Positions 21,230 to 30,385 of a stretch of DNA of 63,715 bases are shown piece after piece (the first letter of the stretch is position 1; every line of letters starts with the position of its first letter). Under the pieces are notes generated by a model that was not told where the DNA came from, ran no database searches, and saw only the letters and a list, made by a program, of their open reading frames with translations. The stretch lies in the IMG/VR virus record IMGVR_UViG_3300037089_000135; one strand, written 5' to 3'. This stretch comes from an uncultured virus (IMG/VR IMGVR_UViG_3300037089_000135) (Duplodnaviria > Heunggongvirae > Uroviricota > Caudoviricetes). A program made the translations under genes and the position numbers.

Positions 21230-21301
21230 AATGATGTATCGCCTCCTCTTGTTAATCTCAGAGCTTCTAACATCATTAAATATTATCTCTGACTGGAGGC
21301 A

Positions 21302-21381
21302 TGGCAAGTATGGGAATCGAACCCATTAAGGCTGCCCAATCGCTTTTGAGGCGATTCCTTTATCCAATTAGGTAACTAGCC
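21302..21381 (-). tRNA. tRNA-Leu(CAA)
   Basis: GGCUAGU/ACUUGCC-A acceptor (one U-U), D arm CCU/AGG with GG, AUCGC-CUCAAAA-GCGAU, long variable region, AUGGG-UUCGAUU-CCCAU. Confidence 0.85.
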
Positions 21382-21384
21382 AAA

Positions 21385-21455
21385 TGGAGCTACTCAGAGT
21401 CGGACTGAGATCACATGGTTCCAGGCCATGTAGGATACCGCTACCCTATAGCTCC
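21385..21455 (-). tRNA. atypical tRNA, nominal anticodon UGG (Pro)
   Basis: Cloverleaf GGAGCUA/UAGCUCC-A, CAUGG-CCUGGAA-CCAUG, CUCAG-UCCGACU-CUGAG; has C33 and a UCC T loop. Confidence 0.75.
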
Positions 21456-21459
21456 TGTT

Positions 21460-21615
21460 TGCTGAGGCCCGGAGTTGAACCGGGTTCGGAGGGAGTATAC
21501 CCGCCTTAATGTTCCGCCTAAGTTTTCAAGGGTGAACCTACGACTTGGAAGGAGGAAATTCACCTGGATGTAGACTTTTCTTTTTACCGGCGTACTTCGT
21601 TAATACTACCTCAGC
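21460..21615 (-). ncRNA. 156-nt tRNA-like RNA with enlarged anticodon region
   Basis: GCUGAGG/CCUCAGC-A acceptor, D-like GUAU/GUAC, CCCGG-UUCAACU-CCGGG T arm, internal GGUGAAUUU/AGGUUCACC hairpin. Confidence 0.75.
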
Positions 21616-21639
21616 ATAATACCTTATACACACTTAATC

Positions 21640-21653
21640 TATTTAAACTTTAC
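21640..21653 (-). promoter_or_regulatory. archaeal BRE/TATA promoter of the ncRNA array
   Basis: GTAAAG-TTTAAATA ending 25 nt upstream of the first tRNA-like G at 21615. Confidence 0.7.
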
Positions 21654-21831
21654 GCCTTCTCTTAAACTGATACTGCAACTGTCGTTCCGATCTGCTTTGT
21701 TATAATCTATACCGAGGAACTTCTTATATCGGCATATGCCAGTATCCTCAAATAGTTTATCCCACTTTTTGCAGTTACCACAAATATGAGCATCTGCCTT
21801 CAATACGAATGCTTCTGTTGCCATATCTCCT

Positions 21832-22941
21832 CTAACTGACCATTACATCTGCTTTAGTTTGCGCTTTTTGATTAACCTTTCGTACTGACTCTATATAGTC
21901 CGACTCCATAATATTTAAAGCTTCCGGGTCCTTTCTAAGTCGGATCATACCGGCCTCATTTATTACCGCTTTCAATTGGGCTCCATTCATCCCACCAGTT
22001 ATTCTTGCTATCATTGATGGATCAGGGATGTTTTGCTTTCCCTTCGTATGGATCTTGAGGATGTCTATTCTCGCGGCCTCATTTGGAAGGGGAATTTCGA
22101 TCAACCTATCAAACCGGCCCGGCCTGAGTATAGCGGGGTCCAGGATATCAATTCGGTTTGTTGCTGCGATAATTTTAATATTGCCTCTTGCTCTGAATCC
22201 ATCCATTTCTGCCAAGAGCTGCATCATGGTTCTGTTAACCTCCGCGCTTCCGGTTGTACCATCGTTAGTGCGGACGGCTGCAAGAGCATCAATCTCATCA
22301 ATGAATATGATGCATGGAGCTTTGTCGCGAGCCATCTGAAATACGTCGCGAACCATCTTTGCGCCTTCGCCTATGTATTTTTGCACTACTTCCGGTGCTG
22401 CTAAATGAATGAAGGATACGTTAGTGGCATTAGCTACGGCTTTAGCTAATAATGTCTTACCTGTTCCTGGAGGCCCATAGAGTAGAACACCCTTTGGCGG
22501 CTCAATTCCTAACCGGCTAAATCTCTCCGGGTATAGTAACGGAAGTTCAACGGCTTCCTTAAGCTCTATAATCTGTGAGTCCAGTCCTCCAATCTCGGAG
22601 AATTGCGCTTCCGGCTTTGATATCATTTCCATTACTCGGACTCTTGAATCACTTCCGGTTTCCAGAATGTCTATGATACCGAGGTCTGTATTTATAACAA
22701 CCATGCAACCTGGATGAATTTTATTCTTAATTGCTTCGTTATGACATTTCACGGCATACTCCATATTATTGCCATGCTGTCGTATTACAATATATTCTAA
22801 ACCTACATCAACCACATCCGCTACTAAGAACGGTGGATTTTGCAAAATTGCAAGCTTACCGAATTGCATCACGATTAGTTCTATCTTTTCCTTTGTAGAT
22901 AGTGCTTCTATATCAGTTAGCGTAGATTGATCAATTTCCAT
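21832..22941 (-). CDS. pan: proteasome-activating nucleotidase (PAN)-like AAA+ ATPase
   Basis: OB domain, IGGL..QI.ELKEAVELPL, GIEPPKGVLLYGPPGTGKT, KYIGEG, IFIDEID, EVNRTMMQLLAEMDGF, ATNR.D.LDPAILRPGRFDR. Confidence 0.93.
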   Translation of the reverse strand: MEIDQSTLTDIEALSTKEKIELIVMQFGKLAILQNPPFLVADVVDVGLEYIVIRQHGNNMEYAVKCHNEAIKNKIHPGCMVVINTDLGIIDILETGSDSRVRVMEMISKPEAQFSEIGGLDSQIIELKEAVELPLLYPERFSRLGIEPPKGVLLYGPPGTGKTLLAKAVANATNVSFIHLAAPEVVQKYIGEGAKMVRDVFQMARDKAPCIIFIDEIDALAAVRTNDGTTGSAEVNRTMMQLLAEMDGFRARGNIKIIAATNRIDILDPAILRPGRFDRLIEIPLPNEAARIDILKIHTKGKQNIPDPSMIARITGGMNGAQLKAVINEAGMIRLRKDPEALNIMESDYIESVRKVNQKAQTKADVMVS

Positions 22942-23544
22942 TTACATGTCTCCGTAAAATGCTTTGCGTTCTTCTTGTATTCTTTGGTTATCCCACTCGA
23001 TATATGAAAGTACTGCGAACATCATTAAAGCTACTTCACGTTCGGCACCAACGAAATGCTGATTTATGAAGTCTACTCCTTTTTGTTCATCTTTAATTTT
23101 TTCTATCCGGATAAGAATGCTTTCTACTTTCTCATCGGATACACCCATAATTTTATGAAATGATGCAACCATTAGTATCACCCATCGTATGTAATATCAA
23201 GTTCTTCATACATCGTAACTTTATGCATGATATCGCAAAGTGCCGCTATCATTTTGTAGTTTATATCCTTTTCGTGTTTAGGTTGAAGTCTTCGCTCAGC
23301 TTCTTCTTTTTTATATTTTGCGCACGTTTCTCGAATTTTGTCATAAATGCTATATATCATAAAAATTTACTCCTTTTTTGGAGCAGTGCATATATGAGCG
23401 ATAGCGTTTTTCACATCTTGTGGTAGCATTGACAAGGGTATTCCTAGCTTCTTTGCCATATCTGCCATTGCGTCTTCCGGGCATAACTTATCGTTTACCT
23501 GAGCCATTTAATATCCATCCTTCAATTTTTTAACCTATTATTAT

Positions 23545-23719
23545 CGCAGGTCGATTCTAGTTCTCGGCCATTTATCGACGCGGGCGCTCGCCGCTTCTCA
23601 AATCGCCGCCAATTATTATTAGGGGTAGGCATGTCGGAGAGCGACTCCGGCCATGTTATCTAAAAGGGGCCTCCGGTTTACCGCGAATAAGCCGGGTTCC
23701 TTTTAGTTTGCCCTACAAC
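23545..23719. ncRNA. GC-rich intergenic structured element (three-way junction plus upstream hairpin)
   Basis: TCGGAG/CTCCGG, CTAAAAGGGG/TTCCTTTTAG, CCGGTTTA/TAAGCCGG, GTCGAT/ATCGAC stems; no long ORF. Confidence 0.55.
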
Positions 23720-23755
23720 TTAACATTATAGCTTATACTATTTATAACTTTGCAT

Positions 23756-24217
23756 CTACAAGGTCTTCCATTTCTTTCCGTTACATATTTTACTTATATG
23801 TGGATAAGAAACTCCAAAGCTTTGCGCGATCTCTTTTAACAGATATCCATACATTCGCATTTCTTTTATTTTAATAATATTATCTTTATTTAATTTTACT
23901 GATCCATGCGCTTCTCCGCTATTATCGACGGCCCTTCCTTTAGTATACATATCATGTATATTATCTTTTTGCGTGCCTAAGAACAAATGATTTGGGTTGA
24001 CGCATTTCGGATTATCGCACCTATGACATACGATCATTCCATTTACAATTTCTGTAATATAAATTTCATATGAGAGGCGGTGGGCGAGAATTATCTTCCC
24101 GCCGTATTTGAATACCCCATATCCGTTATTACATGCGCCTTGCCAATTCCAGCATTTAGGTGTTTTCTGAAATTTGGATTCAAATCTTTGTAATATTACT
24201 GGACTTACAAGTTTCAT
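23756..24217 (-). CDS. HNH homing endonuclease (HNH_3-like) with HTH
   Basis: CWNW.G...GYG, AHRLSY, VCHRCDNPKCVNPNHL.LGT..DN. Confidence 0.9.
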   Translation of the reverse strand: MKLVSPVILQRFESKFQKTPKCWNWQGACNNGYGVFKYGGKIILAHRLSYEIYITEIVNGMIVCHRCDNPKCVNPNHLFLGTQKDNIHDMYTKGRAVDNSGEAHGSVKLNKDNIIKIKEMRMYGYLLKEIAQSFGVSYPHISKICNGKKWKTL

Positions 24218-24222
24218 GGTTT

Positions 24223-27036
24223 CTAACTGGATGCCTGACTATTTAAGGCTTTTCCTCTGACCGGGCATTCCGCCCCACAGCTTTCACAGAACTCGAATAG
24301 CCCAAATACTGTATCAACGCAGCCGTATATGATTCCATCTTTGTTATATACCTCATTCAATATCTCATCTTCGTCGTCTAATACTTCAATTCTAAACATC
24401 TTTTTCACTCTCCGGGTAATCTCATTCCTATAGCGATCTGACTTTCCATATCTTGAATAGCGATTCTCATCTTCTTGATATCGATCATTTTATGGTCTAC
24501 ATTTCTATATAGTTTCGCGATGTGATTCATATCGCTTTGTACTGAATCCTTTTGCCTTTCTATATTCTTTTTTAGTATTCCTATCTCTATTTGTAATGAG
24601 CTGTCATATACCGGCTTCTGAAATTCATCACTCATAAAGATCGCGAGGGTACAATCTCCATTAGGAGCTTCTTTCGCTCTTTGCTTATAGTGCTCATGTA
24701 TCCAACTATTCCAGCTCTTTTTCTTTCTCATACGTCTCACCAATATTCTGTGATCAAATAATTACCTTCTGGCAGAACATCATTATTTACCATATCTTGA
24801 AGTAGATATCGTGATATGCAACAATACTCACCTGTATCTCTAAATTCTTGTACTACCTCCGGGAATAGTAGCTCGTTTTTCTTTACTTCGTATAAGTGAT
24901 TACTATCGTTTGATACTTCTTCTGATGCAGCGAATTCAAAATCTTGATTATAAGTTTTTTTAACTAGATCATCGAATTCTGATGCATTTATTTTAAAAAT
25001 TGATATTTGCTCCATGAAAACCTCCTAAGATGGATCTACGTCGTCGCGATCTATCAATCTGCTCATGGCATCTTCTAATATCTCCATAATCTCACTACCT
25101 GCCTCATTCATATGCAGCGTATCGAGGATTTGAGTATGCATCCTGTCCAGGGCTTCATAAACATCCTGAGCACAATTTGCGTCTACGCAAAATCCTTCGA
25201 TTCCTAAAAAGTCATTTACCGGCATCAGAAATCAAATCCAAAATTAATCTTGATCTGAGCGCATAAGTCTTCGAATGCATTTCGGGACCCTTCCAGTATT
25301 GTAGATCCGCCAGATTGCATTACTCGAATTATATCACCACCAGATTGATCAGGGGTGATAATTACCATAGCTCGTACTTTTGATTTACCGTCATCTCCGA
25401 TACAATTATTAAATTTTATCATTTTCATTCCTCTGGTCTTTTATATCCATCTAGTTCGCGATACCCCAAATTGTTAAACCAATCTACACCAAATCTTTGT
25501 TTTAGTAACCAAATTTCGTCTTTTGTTAGATCTTCTGGTAATAATCCTCCTGTCATATTAAGCAGCAAATTATTCGTTTTATCAGTTAGGTCTATGTTTT
25601 TAAGGTTAACCACTTGCGTTCTTGTAGCTCTTGCAGCTCCAATCATTTTCATATCTGATGTCATTGTCACCTCAAAAAAGTTTTAATCCGGATGAATCTG
25701 ATTTATGAGATTCTCCAGAATATTTGGTATACTACGTTCGCCCTCGGCATTATCCGCTATGTCCATTAAATCATGTTCGGGGCCTTCATCCATCTTCCGG
25801 GCAGTTATTGCGACTTTTGTTGTATCCGGAATAACCTCACATGTTAGAATGAGGTCTTCTGCCTTATTTGCGATCTCCTCGCTTGATACCTTTATGAGTA
25901 CTCTTCTTCTTCTTCCGCTTACCGTTACATACTGTATTACTTCAACTTCATCAGGGTTTCTTGGATCACCATGAAATAGATCTTGGTCAAATTCCCGGCC
26001 ATCTTTTGCCCACTCTTGAATCGGTTCCTCATCGTGATTGAGGATTATATCAACGCCGCTATTGCTTTCCATTTACTATCTCCTAACTCATTTGGCTCGC
26101 GAGCACAAGTTTTTCTGCCAATGTCATTTCAGTATTATCTAATAGATACTGAAGTCCATCACTTTGCTTTGGATCAGTTATACCGGCTTTCGTCAGGTCT
26201 TCAATCATTTTGTCATACAATTCTTTCCCTCTTTTGAACGGTACATCAATTTTAACTGCTGCCATATATTCATTCTCCTTTATTAACTACTTATTATATT
26301 GACCTCTTATTTTAAACTTTTATTTCGTTCATTGATAATTGCACATAAAACATGATTAAAATTGAAATTTGGGCAAATGAAAGGATAAGGTGCTGATTTT
26401 AGCAACCTTTGCATCCTGGACAACTGAGCTTACGGATTTCTTTAGCATCTGTGATTTTCATTCTTAGTATGCTTAGCGCACATGTTCCGATTTGCCTTCG
26501 ATCATCGCACCCGGATAATGTACTATACTTGCATCGTGACGCATATAGGAATGCTCCGAGAGACATCACTTTTTGAAGTCTATGAAACTGCATGTGTGTG
26601 TATTGCTCTTTGAAATGAGCATCAAATACCTTTTGATACTTAGATTTATGGATTCTCATGTTTAGCACCTTATCTCATATAGTATGTCGCGCATTTTTCT
26701 GAGCTGATCCAGGGTATAGTTATCTGTATAGTTCCTGGACTGGAGGAAATCAGATAGTTCTTTTCTTTCAATTTTGTCGCGAATGTCCTGAGTCAAAGGC
26801 CCGATTCTCTGCCTGTAGTGGTCAACAGCGGTTCGCTCAGTAAGTAGATCCTTATTATATATCGCCTCTTTACCTTTTACTATTACCGCGATATTGCCGG
26901 AGGGTGTTATTCTTGTGACCTCACCGATAAAGGTGTCTCTTCTTCCAAGTCCACAATATACCGCTACTTCCATACCGGGCACCAGTCCGGCAACCCATTC
27001 GTCTCCATTTAGAATCATCATTCGAGTTTTCCTCAA
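24223..27036 (-). CDS. cluster of about ten small early hypothetical genes
   Basis: Tightly packed ORFs with GGAGG/GGTGA RBS. Confidence 0.55.
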
Positions 27037-27055
27037 GCATACCTACATGCTGATC

Positions 27056-27091
27056 ATATAAAAGCCTTTCTATGTGCATAAGATTTAAATA
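27056..27091. promoter_or_regulatory. divergent TATA boxes
   Basis: TTTAAATA (27084-27091, +) 24 nt before ATG 27115; TTTTATAT (27063-27056, -) at the strand switch. Confidence 0.6.
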
Positions 27092-27114
27092 CTATGGGAC
27101 CTCAATGAGTCCTT

Positions 27115-27867
27115 ATGAAATATCTTGGATATGGATTTAATCGGATAACGGATAAGAATGCTATCCGAGGGACCCTTGATGTTTACATGATGCAGAAAGA
27201 TAAATTGGATTCTAAGTTCGTATCTTCTGTTTTCATAACATCCAAGAACGGTATATATGTATGCGTTAACGTATCGTCAGCGGTTACTACATACGATAAG
27301 TATGGAATCGAGCACAAGAAATATTCATTTGCGTGGTGCGATGAAAAACATGGGAGACCGTGCTTAACCGCGTGGCTTGATGATATTGGATATATCGAAA
27401 CCATGTACCCGGCCTTGGATAGATTCGACTACAAGAGGAATCCGGGAATGCCCAAACCATCAGATAATGTGTTGGAGATGCTTAAAGAGGGAGGATTTTA
27501 TGTGAAGCCTACTGACGAAGTGATAAATATAGCTAAAAAAATGGCTAATAAATCTACTATGAAATATAAACTTGCAGCGGTAATATATGATAATGATGGT
27601 AATATATTGGGAAGGGGATATAACAAAAGGTTGAAAGACAGATCCGGAAAACCGGCAACGGTTAAATTCGGAATACCTACGTTTTCCATTCATGCTGAAA
27701 TAGCATGTATTATGTGGGCTATTAAGAAGTTTGGTATTAACCAGATTACAAACCAAAATATATATATTCATAGATCGAATAACAAGATTGCAAAACCATG
27801 TGATTGCTGTCAAAGTGTAATTGACATGCTTAAATTACATATATACTATTCTAATGAGGTGAATTAA
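27115..27867 (+). CDS. cytidine/dCMP deaminase-fold protein with unknown N-terminal domain
   Basis: LAAVI..GRGYN, HAE, PCDCC Zn-binding motifs. Confidence 0.85.
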   Translation: MKYLGYGFNRITDKNAIRGTLDVYMMQKDKLDSKFVSSVFITSKNGIYVCVNVSSAVTTYDKYGIEHKKYSFAWCDEKHGRPCLTAWLDDIGYIETMYPALDRFDYKRNPGMPKPSDNVLEMLKEGGFYVKPTDEVINIAKKMANKSTMKYKLAAVIYDNDGNILGRGYNKRLKDRSGKPATVKFGIPTFSIHAEIACIMWAIKKFGINQITNQNIYIHRSNNKIAKPCDCCQSVIDMLKLHIYYSNEVN

Positions 27868-28544
27868 ATGGCACAAAAATCAACTAATAAGAAGCCGGGC
27901 TATAAGCCAAGGCGATCCAGATCTCCTAAAAAGGATATATCTACAAAAGATACTCGCGAATTCAAGTTAGCATTTACAATGAAGGAAAAAGGTCTTCATG
28001 ATACCATGAACATAGCCTTCGTCGCGAATGTCAAAACCAAGATGTATAATGGAATGTGGTTCGCGTGGGATGATTTTTATCTAGGTATCGGGGAATCAAT
28101 TCGCGAAGCTATGGCTGAATATACAGCGGATAGGTTAGGAGTTATAGGCTACATTGAGAGAGCAAACAATAAGGAGCTTTTCCATTTTGCTCAGAAGAAC
28201 AATGGCAATTCTGGATATCGTATCGAGAAAGAAGGTCCGGAGACTGATGCAGTATGAAAATAAGCGATGTTAAAAATCTATGGCAATCTGATGGATATAC
28301 CTTACATCTATTATTTTTGCATAGAGCCGAAAGCTCAATATGGTATCTATATGTTACTGAGTTTTGTTATGAGATGTATGAATATCGTAGGCACTTTGGA
28401 ATAATTACTGAAGTGGATGCAAAATCTGGAGATGTTATTAGATCCAGGGTTCTGGAGTATGATAAATCTTCATATTCACCGGCTGAAGAAATGAAGCATC
28501 AAGTATTTAATATCATAAATACTAAGTGGGGAATACTCAAATGA
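27868..28544 (+). CDS. two hypothetical proteins (27868..28257, 28254..28544)
   Basis: Coupled ORFs. Confidence 0.55.
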
Positions 28545-28837
28545 TGATAGCATTTGTAGCAAAGTCTGTTGAAAGTATTTGTGGTAATTGTGAGCATTGG
28601 TACAAAAATTTTGGAAGACAATCACTTTATGGAACTTGCGAAGTTGATGGCGATATTCAGCAATATGCTCATAATTGCTCTTGTGATATAGATGCATGGG
28701 GATAAATATGGGACAATTTACAGTGTATACGTTGTGGCGGGCCGATGAAGGCCCAATACCAGAGGGATGGACTGAAGTACCACCACCTACTAAAGATCAA
28801 TTAAGAAAATTCAAATAGAACTTGTACCCGATTAATT

Positions 28838-29581
28838 GTGGATGCGAAAATAATGGTATTGATTCAAGGGGATGAAAGACAAAAGCTTCTAGGGCGGGGA
28901 TGTTATGGACATATTCCTCATGTCCTCGGCTCCAGATTGGGCTCCGGGGATCACCACATTTCACCCGGACAGAGTGATATTTGCACCAAGAAGACAAGGG
29001 ACTCCAGGGACCTAGTTATAATCTCCGAGAAGCTCGATGGTAGCTCTGTAGCCGTCGCTATGCATGAAGGCTTGATATATGCCCTCACGCGCTCCGGGTA
29101 CCCGGCACATACCTCTAGGTGGCCTCAGCATCGATGGTTTGATAGATGGGTTCATGAAAGGGAGTATGTATTTGACTTCCTGGAGGAAGGTGAACGTGTT
29201 TGTGGTGAGTGGTTAGCTCAGGCCCACGGTACGAAATACGCCCTGGAGCATATACCCTTCGTACCTTTCGACATTTTGCGAGCTGGAGGACGGGCTTCAT
29301 ATGAGGAATTTAATACAAGGTTGCCTGAAATATTCCCTAGACCTTACATTTTGTCGATGGGATACCCCATGAGTATAGAAGAAATAGAAAAAAAGTTAGG
29401 CCCATATGGACATCATGGAGCTTTAGAAATGGCCGAGGGCGTGATTTTTAAGGTCGAAAGAGATGGCATTTTTGATTTTAATGCCAAATATGTTAGACCT
29501 AATAAAAAAGTAGGCCAATATCTCGGAGAAGATAAAGATCCTATATATAATTGGATGCCTGGAGGTGGAAGAAGTTGGTGA
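28838..29581 (+). CDS. ATP-dependent RNA ligase (Rnl2-like nucleotidyltransferase domain)
   Basis: Motifs I EKLDGS, III GEWL, IIIa FVPFDI, IV EGVIFK, V AKYV; no OB domain. Confidence 0.85.
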   Translation: MDAKIMVLIQGDERQKLLGRGCYGHIPHVLGSRLGSGDHHISPGQSDICTKKTRDSRDLVIISEKLDGSSVAVAMHEGLIYALTRSGYPAHTSRWPQHRWFDRWVHEREYVFDFLEEGERVCGEWLAQAHGTKYALEHIPFVPFDILRAGGRASYEEFNTRLPEIFPRPYILSMGYPMSIEEIEKKLGPYGHHGALEMAEGVIFKVERDGIFDFNAKYVRPNKKVGQYLGEDKDPIYNWMPGGGRSW

Positions 29582-30096
29582 ATATATTAATTTCAAAAGA
29601 TAAAATTGCACTCGTTGATGATATAGATAGCGATTTATTACAGTTTAAATGGTATGCTTCAAAAAGTGGTAAAAATTGCATATTGATTTATGCTGTACGA
29701 AGTATTTATATAGATGTGCATACAACTAAACATGTAAAAATGCATCGTACCATCATGGAACGGAAACTAGGTAGAACTCTATTAAAAGATGAATTGATAG
29801 ATCATATAAACCACGATGGATTAGATAATCGACGTAAAAACTTACGATTGGCATCTCATCTTGATAATGTTAGATATCATAGAAAAGGTGAATGTGCTAC
29901 ATCTAAATATATAGGAGTGTATTGGAGTAAGGATCATAATCGATGGGTATCCAGAATTCATGTAAATAAAAAAATAATCCATCTTGGATACTTTAGAAAT
30001 GAAGATGATGCTGCCATAGCTTATAATGAAGCGGCGGATAAATACTTTAAAAAATTCGCGAATTTGAATGATGTAGATTGTTATGGAAAAATTTGA
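29551..30096 (+). CDS. HNH-AP2 endonuclease
   Basis: MHR.IM, DHINHDGLDNRRKNLR, SKYIGV.W, LGYF..E..AA.AYN. Confidence 0.9.
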   Translation: MDAWRWKKLVNILISKDKIALVDDIDSDLLQFKWYASKSGKNCILIYAVRSIYIDVHTTKHVKMHRTIMERKLGRTLLKDELIDHINHDGLDNRRKNLRLASHLDNVRYHRKGECATSKYIGVYWSKDHNRWVSRIHVNKKIIHLGYFRNEDDAAIAYNEAADKYFKKFANLNDVDCYGKI

Positions 30097-30385
30097 GGTG
30101 TTGAAGATATGAAGATCGGACTAAAAACATATGAAATCGAGATAACTGATACGAACGTAGAGAATAGGGCCTCTTTGCTCGCGTATAGAGATAATGTAGA
30201 ACCTTGTCCAGTGGTAGACACCGGCTATTATTCAGGTCTTACGTTTGGAGTCAAGCCCTGCGCTACCTTCGGTAAACCTGGATCTACATTAGATTCGCCG
30301 TTTGACTGAAAAAAAAAATTAAGATAGTTGAAATTCTCTATAAAAAAATCCGCCCTCGATGATGAGTCGAGAGCGTACTATTTTT

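Noticed and set aside
20601..21300. 10-bp inverted repeat GCCTCCAGTC/GACTGGAGGC about 690 nt apart
   Set aside because: Near chance expectation for a 1.1-kb region and competes with a local hairpin
20482..21329. Plus-strand ORFs 20482..20697 and 21090..21329
   Set aside because: Antisense to the ncRNA array and no protein motifs
21460..21615. tmRNA
   Set aside because: Too short, no G3-U70 alanine determinant and no tag reading frame recognised
23686..23700. GAACCCGGCTTAT (minus) resembles the 3' end of bacterial RNase P RNA
   Set aside because: No GAGGAAAGUCC partner upstream, where an HNH gene lies instead; the element is far too short
23705..23716. GGGCAAAC start reminiscent of the c-di-GMP-I riboswitch
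   Set aside because: Lacks the GAAA tetraloop and the GACGCAAAG junction
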